Under the pieces are notes generated by a model, which did not search any database, was not told where the DNA came from, and saw only the letters and a list, made by a program, of their open reading frames with translations. Below, one piece after another: positions 1-11,908 of a DNA stretch of 64,000 bases (its first letter is position 1; every line of letters begins with the position of its first letter). The position numbers were made by a program, and so were the translations under genes. This DNA is from Balanoglossus misakiensis (Eukaryota > Animalia > Hemichordata). The stretch lies in contig CM082576.2 of the NCBI GenBank assembly GCA_040954595.2, forward strand, positions 124,001-188,000. Reading direction: 5' to 3'.

Positions 1-3000
1 TGACCATGAGCAGATTATTACAATAGTTGTCACACTTGTGTTACATGTGGGTACTTCACTCATTTTGGTTTGTAGTGTCAGGGGCCGTGAACCATGGGAT
101 AGTTGCCAGGTCAGGTTTTGAACTGTCAAGGGGAAGGACAAAGTGTTTCAGTGTCTAGAGGTTGAAATGACTTTAGGTGGTGTGTTCAAGTGATTGTTTT
201 TGTAATTGTCAGGGTATGGTAATGGCCACCAAAATGCACTAAGTTTTGGTGTAATTATTAACAAGATATCAAGTGGTTGTATTGGTACATGTAATCATTC
301 ACCACATGAATCACCAACGCCCCGGAATACACGTACACCCACATACTGTTTAAAGTTCTACGGAAGTTTCAAATAGGCTTACTCATTCTCACAGTGCACT
401 GTAAAGTGTGTTCAAGAACAACTTATCATTTTGAGAATTTAATTTAAGAAAAAGGAAGGAATGAACTGACAACCACTTGGACAGGTGAGTCTTATCAACA
501 CCAATGAAATTATGTAACATGTCTGGTCAGGATTATCCTGAAAATCAAGTGCCTTCTCATATAGTGATTGCAATCTGTCTGGAGTTCACTGACTTTTTAG
601 GAGTGCTCTCCCTGCTTTGTTTATGCTTTTGGGTGGAGTTTCTAAAATATGAGGCCAGCTGCTTGTGATGTGTGGTGTGGTGTAACAGACCTGCAAACAT
701 ACAAAAATGTCAGTTGATGATGAAGTACATCCAGAGACATCACTGATTAAGTTCATCATGTCTTCTTGTTCTGAAATAATTTACCATACATGTGACAAAC
801 TATGACTACTTGACACTAAGTGAACCTAACCTTTAGACAACACTCATCAGGTTTTTGATGGTAAAACAGTACATGTATTAATTTATTCTTGAACACTTGA
901 ACGATTTTAGAAAATATGTTATTGTTCAACTACAGGAAAAGGAGCTGACAAGATGCCTACTGATGCACGGAAACTCTTATAGGTATATAATAAACAAAGG
1001 AATAACTCCACTGCACTGAATACCTGTGCACATTATTTATACACTCAGGTTGTTTATGTTCACATTCTTGGTCCTGGTACACCTATTGGTTTTTCTTGTG
1101 TATTTTTTTCTGATGCACACTGTATTGAAATGTTAACTATTTCCTTTGTGTGAGCTGCAACTTTAGGGGAAATTATCATGAAATTTTTTTTTCAAACTGT
1201 ACTATAATTAGGTCATAATTAGTGTATACACTGAAGTATTATAAACCCAAAGTATGAGTACATATGCAAGTTTTAACCAGATGAATAATGCCACAAAGGA
1301 ATATTGCCGCCACCGTGGGTAAATGCAAAAATAATGAAAATGTTGCATTTCTCACATTAAAGCTTCAGAAACAAAGCATAATCTCATCCACTAGAACATC
1401 ATAAGCTTCAAGAATGCTTAACCTGTGAATATGTAATTTTGTGATCTGATAATATCCCATGCAAGATGTGTTTATATGCCTATACATGGTTTGATTATAC
1501 AATATCTGTGAGTGGGTGGGAGAGGTAAAAAATGGGACCAACTATGGAACCCACTGTTGGCTGAATCACTCAGTGTGCTATGTTGTGTACGAAGGCAAGA
1601 GTGACTGTACTGACATGCTCTCCAAGTGAAAGTTCACTGATGTCGATACAAGAAAATTTCATTCTTTTTATGAATTTCTTACTTTGATTATAATTTTTTC
1701 AAAGTTTGTCTGTGAGTGTGTGAAAAATTTGATAAACCTGAGAAAGCTCTATCCCTCTGGGAATGAGGGGTGTAAGCTCAGACTCACACAAAGGAAATTC
1801 ACCAGACTTAGGTCTGACTAGTGTGAAGTGTAGTTAAATAAAGGAAGCAGTATATGTATATTGTTTTCCTGTTAACATCAGAAGTGTTTTAGGGTGTCTT
1901 TAACAGTTTTGTCAATAATGTACAACCACTCTGGAATAATCACTGGAAAATACTTTGTAAAAAGACAGAAAACTCTCATTAATTGCAGTTGGGTTTAATA
2001 TCAACTGGAGTTCTTAGTGTGTACACAAAATGTGTTAACAATTGCTGTACTGTTCATTGATCAATATAATAATCATTCTGGACATGAAATTTGAGAAGGT
2101 GATGTAACACTACTAAAATGGAATTGAAAATACAATCAAGTTAAATTATAAATCCTGCAAATGTCAACAACCTTATGTATGGTTATATAATTTGCCATTG
2201 GTTTCAAGTGAGTGTGTGTAAATACATGTGTATCTGAGCAATCTTCTGATTGTGATGTTACACAACAACAACAACGACAATGACAAGTATCAATTTAATT
2301 TTAAACACATTTAATATTTTTCTCATGCAATAGATTTTACATGGTGATTTTGATATCAATGACAAAAGTATCATCTAAATAACATATGACCATCTAAACC
2401 CTGTTAAGTTAAGGCAATAGTGATACATTTAGTTATTTAATCTCTGTTGAACAATACCATTAATTACTGATATTTACAATTTTAAGGCTGGTAGATATAT
2501 TGCTGTAGGTTTTTTTTTTCCCAACTCGTCCAAAACAGAAAGGACTATTATCAATATGCAGAGTCTGAGCAGATGCATATTAGAATCATAAAATGATAAT
2601 TTCAAGAAATTAATGTTCTTTATTTACATTAACTTTCCTGACCTGGGATTCAATAATCACATGCTGAAGTTTCAAAATTAGAACTTCCAGTGCAGTCAGC
2701 TGTTTAGTTGTCAAAAAAAGTAAAAGAAATTCCAGATAAAGCATTCGATATCAATTAAAGATAAATTAGACATTTGATTCTTCAAGCATACACAAAATGT
2801 CACATAACAACATAATGAGTCAGTTTGAAGTGAAAAAAATAGTAAAAAAATTCTGTCATGTATAAAAGTAATTGAGCTGATTGCAAAGAAATTAATTGTT
2901 GGATATAGTCAAACGTTCATTATGTGGTGTGGTTATCTGGAATTTCATGCATTCCATGCATTCATATAGCCTTATTCAGTGTGCTGTTTCATTTCTGTCA

Positions 3001-4070
3001 TTGCCAAATGAATCTTGTATGGATGGAGGAACTGATGAAGCATACAGGATTGACCATAGACGAGATAGAGGGAGCCCTTCCAGTACAGTTTCGACAATCA
3101 CATGACATCATGTTCACTTTTGATACTACTATTGATGAAAGGCAAGAAAGTCTTGTTTGTAAAAATAAATTCTGCATGAGATATCATATTCCCCCCCCCC
3201 CCCTCCCAAGTGCGATTTGTAAAAAAAAAATATGTTGTGGATCATATGCTGTGTGTTGCATAATGAATGCAAATTCTGCTTTTTCTGAGGGAAATCCTAT
3301 GAATAAATCAGGTTTTTTTAAAAATATAGTCAAGGCTAATAGCTGCTATATATAGTAAAAATCAAGTGATGATAAAAGTACAGGTCTAGTTTAAAAAGTG
3401 GTTAACATGTAAGTTTTGAAAACTGAAATATAAGAATACTAGTATTGATTTCCTATTTAAAAATGTATAAATAAATCCATTTGCCATTTGATACAAATGG
3501 ATAACATTTTGTTATACCTAACTAACATTCTCCATATTGTAAGCTTAATATTCAAATGTTTGAAACATGATAGAACCAAATTTTCTTCAGGTCAAAAGTG
3601 TGCACTTCATGAAAGGGGAAAGGGGCACCAATTGTTAGTGATGACTTCTAAAGATTGGGACCCTCTTAGTAAAAAGAAAAGAATGCAGTGCCCACTTTTG
3701 GATGTGTAGCCGCTTTGCTTTCATTGTGGTGCCTCCATCACATTCACAATCAAATGCCTTCTGATAGACATTGTGGCTAGGATTAGTGGGTGATATTCAG
3801 TATAGTGATTTCAGCTGCTGGGGTGACAAGCCCCAGCTCCACATAAACACAAAAGCTTATTCAAGCAGTGGAAAGTGGTTTAGAGGAAATGTGTATTGTT
3901 GGCCACCCAAATGCCATGTCCTTGGCCTTTAATAGGTTGATGCATTGTGACCCAATCAGTACCTGAGCTGTCCTTGTATTGAGTCTACAAGCTAAGAATT
4001 ATGATTGTGACACTACCTTTCGATAGTCTTCAAAAGGACAACAACATACAATAGACACTGTGAGGTTTGA

Positions 4071-4442
4071 GGGCGACAGACTAGGCGTATTTTCATAGCT
4101 ATTGTTTGTTCTTTGCATCAGTTGATAAACAATCATCAGCAAAGTTGAACATTTTCATGAGCTATAACCCATGAAAAATATGCAAATACGCTTAGCCTGT
4201 GACGCAGTGACACCAATCGGAAAATGGTATCACCCACACCAAGGTGGGCGGAAGTTGGTCCTGGCGCTTTTTTTCCCATGATTCAAATTACAGTAAACGC
4301 CATATTGGAAATTCTGCCAACTTTCCCTCGATTTTGTAAAAAATCGCGCGACTTATACATGGCGAATATGTTTTTTTCTGAAAGAGTGACCTCAAAGCTA
4401 CCAAATTATGTGGAAATCAGCTACAACGGATTTCCCCTTTAA
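4071..4442. mobile_element. Partial (one-armed) copy of the TTAA-flanked Kolobok-like MITE found complete at 31445-32053
   Basis: Highly similar to 31668-32057 (internal spacer plus right TIR ending GGATTTCCCCT-TTAA). The left TIR is absent. Spurious ORF 4224-4442 nearly duplicates ORF 31839-32057. Confidence 0.85.
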
Positions 4443-7400
4443 GGGCAGTACAATTTGGTTTGTTTCAATTATATATACCTATTCTTAGAACAGACTGTTG
4501 ACAGATCTGACTTGACACACACATGGTAATTGACAGTCAATATTTTCCTACTGTTTATACACATCTTTAGGGAAGCGAATTCAGTGTTCACAATGATCAG
4601 CCGTGAAATGTCCCCTGATTTGCATTTCTACCTTGACCCTGTTTCCTAAAACTAAAAATGCAGTAAATTCCTTTTTCATACAAAGCGCATTTGTGCTGAA
4701 TTGTTTATTATTACATGGATTTAAATGTGCTGTTTGTCTGTGTCATATGCTGGGCCTATTTCACAGAGGAATTGTTTGTATAAATATAGTACCAAGTGAA
4801 TTCACAGGTATTGAGTTTCGTACTTTATTTGGATATTTAAGAATACCAGCTGATATTGGATGTTTGGGTGAATATTTTGTCAAGAAGTAAAATTTGTTTC
4901 TGTGGCAAAAAAACATTTGGTATTAATGATTGAAAAAGAAGTTTAGTTAGAGTAATTTGAAGGACCAGGAGGATTTCCTGTTGTTAATTGAGTGCCGTTA
5001 CTGCCTATAGCCTCAGTGACCTGACAATATGTTCATGTCAATGGCTGTCTTGCCAACTGACCTGGTGTTTGGTATTCTGCCACCTCATTTCAGATTTCTC
5101 TTGGTATGCCAAGCATGACAAAGATTTACTGCCAGTTGTTGTGTGTGTTGACTGTGAGCTGCCATCAGGACAGTAACCTGTCCGAAAGTGACTACATCAT
5201 GTCTGTTGGCCTCTGTTCACCTTGTATGGGGATATAAGAGGGTCAAAGGATGAATGGACACTTAAGTTAAAGAACATCAAATTTGTCTATTCCCCATCTG
5301 GAATTAATGTTAGAAAATCCACTTCTACTATTGTCATTTTCACACAAGTTTGCTCTTTAGCTCGGATTGAATTCAGTGATCAAATAGAATTTTATTGCCA
5401 CTGTGTTTAACTTTCAGATGAACTTAATTGTAATAAGTTTGCCAAAAGAAAAACCATTAGTGAAAATATGCTGACTCAGCAAGGTTTTATTCCTGTTATT
5501 AGCTTAATTCAATGGGCCTTATATTTCATAAACTACTATAGAACTGAGAAAATTAAAGGTAACATTGACACTAATGCATGAGAGAAACAAACATTGGTTC
5601 TCATTGGAAATGCTATATTAAAGTTTCCTATATGTAATGGATGCTGTCACAACAGCTTGCAGAGTGTTATCATACGATAAGGCTGTAGTTTGTGCAGTTT
5701 GTAACATAAGTGTCACACAGGGAAAGTGAACCCCAGACAACATTGAACACACCAGTAATGGAAACTGCAACATACAAATGTAGACTTTGTAGGAAATTGT
5801 AACAAGAAGGTAGCATTTCAGGCTGTCAGTATTATGGAATAAGTAACGTAAGATGTCATTGGAAAGCACAATAGTCACATCACACTGACGGCTGACAATC
5901 AATGAATCATATCTGATTACACTGCAAAGTGTGGCATTCAGGAGACTGCAATATTACACAGGAAAACATGAAGGAAGTACAGTACAGTGTTTCGGCAGTA
6001 TTAACTCTTGTCCCATCTCCCTCTATAGGGGTCTAACTTTTTAACATAGATAAACCATTGAGTTGGACATAATCTAGCCTAGTCCTAGCCGTATTTTGTC
6101 CACTTTGACTAGGACTAGGCTTTTTTTAATCGTGGTGGTAAAAACATGTGTATGTAAATGCAGTAGCATGAATACACTTATAAATAATTATACATGTACT
6201 ATAGCCCAATATCAGCTGCTATACAAAACATGTAATATAACTTTTAAGTGCAAAATTTACAAACATGCTTTGCATAATTTAATACAGCAGAGTTGAACTA
6301 GAAGGTTATGTTGAGTATTGCAAATTGGAGTGAAATAGATCTTGTAATTCACTATTTTAATTTGAAATTTCAGTTTCATCATCATTATTAATTAATTGAA
6401 AGTAGTTCTTGCACACTATTCCATGTCTAGCTTGTTTTACAGTGTGTAGTGTGAGTCAGTGAAACATTGGGATTTCATAGTAATTACATGATTATGTCAA
6501 TGTGTTTATATCATAGGAAAATGTATCTATCTGCAGTTGGAATTCAAATATTTTTGCCAAAGTGTCAATTTTGCAGGTATTCCAAAATCATTTCGTCTGC
6601 GTCATTTTGTTAGATTAAATTACTAGTACATTCAGAATGTAAAATTATACTGCAACTTCTTCAATTAACCTGTCCATGACACTGTGGTCTGGTGGGTCAT
6701 GAACCACTGGTTCATGACACGGCCAGGTATGTGAAATGGGTGACTTGAACTATTTCAACGTGATCTTTACATACATGCACTGCAGTGACTGATTTCTGCT
6801 AATAGTGTCCATGATTTCAGGGGTGGCAACTTTGTGGGAATTACTGAAATAGCTGTCCCTTGTGACTACTACAAATTTTAGTGACACTGACAGTCATTCC
6901 CCCTCCCCCACCCCCACCCCACCAGAAAAGCATGCATACAAAATTATTTTGCTGGATCCTGTCAGTTACATTTGAATTTTGCCTGATCAGCAAGTTCTTC
7001 AAATGTAACAGTTGGTTTCTGCTGAAGTGCTAAATCAATGCAATATCCGGATTGTACATGCTTTGAATATCGATAATATGATGAAAGTAGGACGGGTGAT
7101 GTCATTAATGATTAAAATAGACAAGAAGAAACCTGAGAAGTATGACCTCATCCTACCCCAGGATGACATCATTGTCAGCCAATCAAAATCCCTCTTACAA
7201 TGTATCATTACCCTGAACTCTTTTGCCCTGTGAATGATGTCACTTCAAACCAGTCAAATATTCCGTCTCAAGATAAGTCATAATTTCAAGCGACAATATT
7301 TAAAATAAATTATCCTAGTTCTTTAGAGGGTTCAACTGCCAACGTGGAACTTGAAAAGATGACATCATTGTTGAATTCCAGTTATAAATAGTGTGTCAAT

Positions 7401-7570
7401 TCCACGTTGCTGGTTTACTGAAAGTGAGAGTGCCGGTTATCAGCAGATGTGCAATTCACAGACTACTGTTAGACAACTGTAGTATGGTATTTTTACCACT
7501 GCTTGAATTAGAGCAATCCATGTTGCAGCTGCAGATGTTGTCAATATTTGAATTTCTGCCATTTGCTAAA

Positions 7571-7631
7571 ATGCAGACTCTGCATAGGAAAGCAAGGCGA
7601 AAGTGGAAGAGGAAATGTGCTGTTTATCCAG
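7571..7631 (+). CDS. Candidate first coding exon of the PLEKHG-like gene (MQTLHRKARRKWKRKCAVYP)
   Basis: AAAATG start, 61 nt open, ends CCAG|GTATTA. The phase-1 donor matches the phase-1 acceptor at 11909. No transcript evidence. Confidence 0.45.
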
Positions 7632-8629
7632 GTATTATGTCTTATATTGTCCACTTGTGTTTTGTGCAGTATTAGAGTGTTTACGTTATGGTTGTGCATT
7701 GAAATCCTATGTTTGAAATAAAACCAAGACTGTCTATGCATTTTTGTCATGTACATCGTTGTTGCAGTATGACCACACCGGTTGCAGTCTGAGAGAATGT
7801 CCCTGAAACTCTTCAGCGGACATGTGAAAGATGATGCAACCTCTCTCATAAAGTGCTGCTGGATTTATGCAATGACACATGATCTATGTGAGTGATACTG
7901 CTGTGGTGTAGGAGGCACAGAAGGGGAATGTCAGGTTATCCACAGTGCAGTCCTACTGCCTGCATGTTCATTTAGTTGCAGTTGTACCAAGCCTTCACAA
8001 TTCTCCACAGCCAATTCTATATTGAATATTTTCATTGTTCACAATAGCGTGGACAATAAACATGTCAATGGGGCTTAATTATATAGGATGACATCATCTT
8101 TTATGCTACCAGCAATTTTTACTTACCCACTATTCAAAAGGGAGACCTTGTTATTTTCTCTTGAGCTGAAAACACTTTACAGATCAATGGATCGGCTTTT
8201 CTGTTGTCAATCAGGTACAGCTTCTTAATCTGCCATGTATTCAATTCTGCCCATGTAATATGTGTTACTGAATTGTTGTAATATTAATTGATGTGATGAT
8301 TTTCTCACGCCGAAAAGTGATAACTTTGATGAAAATAATTGTGTTACCTCTTTTGAAATGGTGTGCACTTCTGATCTGCATTAAAAAATAATTTAAATGA
8401 CATATGATGTATAATAATTTAAATGACATTGATGTACAATAAATTTTGATAGTTGTGCTATATTTAGGATAGGTTGTGTTTGAAATTTTCACAAAATGTC
8501 CTGAAAGGTTACACTGTATTCATTTGAAAGAAGCACTGTTGCAGTGCTGGATATATTGAGATAGTGCTGATAAACCATAGAAGAAAAAGTGATGAATCAG
8601 CACTTTTGGTAGCTGTTTTGAGAATAGTT

Positions 8630-9420
8630 TTAATCACCAGCAGTGACCCATTCCTAGGGAACAGATCAAGTTGCCATTATCATTAGTACCAAGTCTGGCG
8701 GTGACCTGTCCATTAATGTACATGTACTGTCACTGCCAGTAGGGACAATCAGAGGCTCTCTCTATCCAGGTACCAGCAATGACCAATCTCAATGGAGCAG
8801 GCTCTCACTGGGTACACCACAGTGACTTACTATATTTCTACAATACTGGGGGCCAGCCACCAGTAGGGATGAGCTCCCAGGGAACTTCCCAAGGACTAGA
8901 CCATGGGTAACTGAGTCTATTTGTATTGAAAATGTCATCAGTAAACATCCCAGTCACCAGCAATGACCCAAGTTTCCAGGGAACAGCCATCAATGTAACT
9001 AGTCATTTCTCTGTCAAATTCTGGAATAGTCACTGGCTGGCAGAGACCAGCTCATAAATGATTCCAGACAATTGCAGTGTGAGCAGCATTCGTTGAGACC
9101 AGTCACCAGCAGTTAATATTATTCAGGAACAAGTCCTTCATTGCAGCAAACCATCTCCCAGTGTCACCCATACCCAGACCAGTCCTCCATCCCTGTGATC
9201 AGCCCATGCCAAATGTCTCCAGAACTGGAATAAGTCACCAGGTATGAGCAGTCCTCCAAGATTAGTCCATCACTATAGTTCTTCTAGTCAGTACACTTCT
9301 GGGATCAATGATCATCTCTGGGGACTAGTCCATGACTGGTTCCAGTCCATCCCCACTGGAGCACTGGCCAAACCCACCAGCAGTGACCCCAGGGACCATC
9401 CAAACTCCACAGTACTTGCA
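8630..9420. repeat. Degenerate tandem repeat / old minisatellite
   Basis: Recurrent variants of CAGTCACCAGCAGTGACCC...CCAGGGAACAG at about 8635, 8770, 8855, 8951, 9100, 9233 and 9373. Confidence 0.5.
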
Positions 9421-11170
9421 GTAGATTTTTGATACTGTACATGTATCTGTGAAACCAACAGCTACAGAGTGATGACAACCTCATTCGAATGTTGTGTCAG
9501 CATCTCTCCACTAATCTACCCAACTAAAACATGAAAGTACCATCAAACAACAACAATGACCGCAAGTTTGTATAACAACACTTGTATTTTGTACATTGAC
9601 TGAGTACTATTAGGTTCTTATTGCACAGTGTTCAGTACAGTAGACTCACTGTGTACATGGATCACATTGCTATTACTGCAATAATTAAAAAGTTAATTGA
9701 CCATGATAAACTTCAGACTTACCTTCCTTGTAATAAGACTTGTCTGTTAAATCTTCCCTATTGATAAAACTGGCATGTATCCTCATAAGGCTAAGTTGAA
9801 GGCAATAAAACCCCAAATGAAGCAAAATGCAAATAGATTTCTAGGTGTAAATGGATGTATGGCCTTGGGTTGTTTTTTGTTTTCTTATCAGGTGTAAGTC
9901 CACTCTCAGTTAACCTTAATTTTGTTTATATTTAAAGGAAATGCTTTGTTTAAAGGTTTCAGACATTGAGCAATCAAACTCTCTAGTTAAACTTTTAAAA
10001 GATTTTGTGGCTGCTTGATGGGATGCTCCAACTGGCACGTAACGGAAGTTGTTTATTAGGAAAATCAGAAGAAATCCTAGACATGAAAGCTTCTATTCTT
10101 TTCCGGGCCAGATTTTGTTCCACTGGACACCATATCCAACAGCTGTGATAATCTTTAATTTCTCATGCGCCAGTAACTACCAAACTGCAAACAGTCATGC
10201 CTCAGTGTGCAAGTTGTCAGAGTTAAAACCGCAGCATTACATGCTGAGCAGTTGTTGCTGGCACATGTACAAAGCTTGCTGCTGTTTAATTGTAGTTTTC
10301 AACCATTACTATGAGTTGGAAAACTCAAAAGTTTGTGTATCTCTGGGAAAAGTTGCTGATAATATCAGGTGATGATTTCTATTTCTTAAAATTTGGTGAC
10401 TGACTTAGTAGTTGACAATGGTTTTTGTTCATCATCATGACATACCTATGTGAGTATTTGGATTTAACACAGTACTCTAAGGTGTAAGTATGTACAAGTG
10501 GACAAGGAATTCTTAACTAACAATGTGTGTATTTTTGGACAGCTTTACATTGGCTTTATCTTTCTGTCTGCTGACATGTCTAATTTAAAGAACATATCCA
10601 AAAATTTGATTATTACGCATTTGTATTAAATACACTTAAAAGTCAATGAATATAATTAGGGAGAATTATAAAGTGTCATTACATTATGTTTCTGTGATTT
10701 TTAGAAGGCAACTTGCCAGCCAAAGTATAATACATGTAACATGTATTAAACATTTCACTCAGAATCTTTTTACACAAACTAGGTCACCCTGTTGTGTTCA
10801 AATGAAATAATAGAACAGAACTGTTTTCTTTTGGTTTACCTTTTACTGTCATTTTATTTCCAAGTCAAGCAGCTCATTCCTATATTATTTAGATGCCTCC
10901 TGAATAATAACCTTCAGCTGTTTCGGCCCTTGTACTGGCTGGGTAATACTACATAAGCATAATGACATTTATTACACATGTACCATCGATTACTTGCACC
11001 GAGCGCGCGCGTAACATCGGTATTTGCACTCAGTGCAATACCAAAAACATTATGCCATACCTGTATGCAAATGAGTGGCCTGTTCACAAAACAAGCAATA
11101 TCATTCCGCGGTCTCATTTCTTTCATTTTCGGTCTTTTTTTTCAAAATGGGATGAACATATGTAATAAAA

Positions 11171-11365
11171 ACAGAACCCCATGGCTCAATCTTGCAAGCA
11201 CGGCGTACCGGTAGTATTTGCACTGTGCTGGCGGTGTATTCTTGCGCCCGTCCCCCGCACTCGCTGTCGCTCGTGCGGTGGACGGGCGCAAGAATACACC
11301 GCCATACACTAGATGCAAATACTACCGTTACGCCGTGCTTGCACGATCGAGCCATGGGGTTCTGT
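11171..11365. mobile_element. Long palindromic (foldback) end of a non-autonomous DNA element, possibly Crypton-like; element may begin near 10905
   Basis: ACAGAACCCCATGGCTC...GAGCCATGGGGTTCTGT arms of about 90 bp. CpG-rich island inside a CpG-poor intron. Apex shared with 52971-52992. Confidence 0.75.
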
Positions 11366-11908
11366 CATATTATTATAAATCCCCATCAATATCTTTGGTA
11401 TTTTCATTATAGATGATGAATATTAGAATAGAAACATAATTGTTTGTGCTTTATTGAATAACAAATTTATGAGTTCAGAAAGGTTACAATATGTCAATAA
11501 ATGCCATGTGTCTGTCTTCACATGCATACTTCCTGACACGGTTGGTTGCCCTGAGGCATTTGTCTGAAAGCAGCTTTTGCTGGTGAAATTGTGAGGAAGT
11601 CAGTGTGATAGCTGATATGAGATAATTCATAGCATTGTCCTGGCCTTTGTTTGTCAGTGTAAATATTGTCTGAGCCCTGATAGCTACATGTGTATTCAAA
11701 AATGTCAATTTGTCTCAGGAACTATGGTTTGTCAGTGTTGTTAAAAAATTATTTTGTCACAAAGACAAAAGTTTGCAGTTGCAACTTTTATTACAGCACT
11801 TCCACAGTCATGTCTGTGGGTTTTTTTTCTTCCTAACATCAATATAACCATGTTGTAAGATTTCAGTTGCAAGTGTGAAGTGATCGTTGTATTTGTGTCT
11901 GATTGCAG

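Noticed and set aside
4224-4442. Near-identical 72-aa ORFs at 4224, 31839 and (reverse) 31441-31739 as a small gene family
   Set aside because: They are readings of the MITE terminal inverted repeat; no domain or splice context.
6076-6121. Short hairpins (AGCCTAGTCCTAG...CTAGGACTAGGCT; also 6696-6718)
   Set aside because: Too short and isolated to assign; probably MITE remnants, with no evidence for miRNA.
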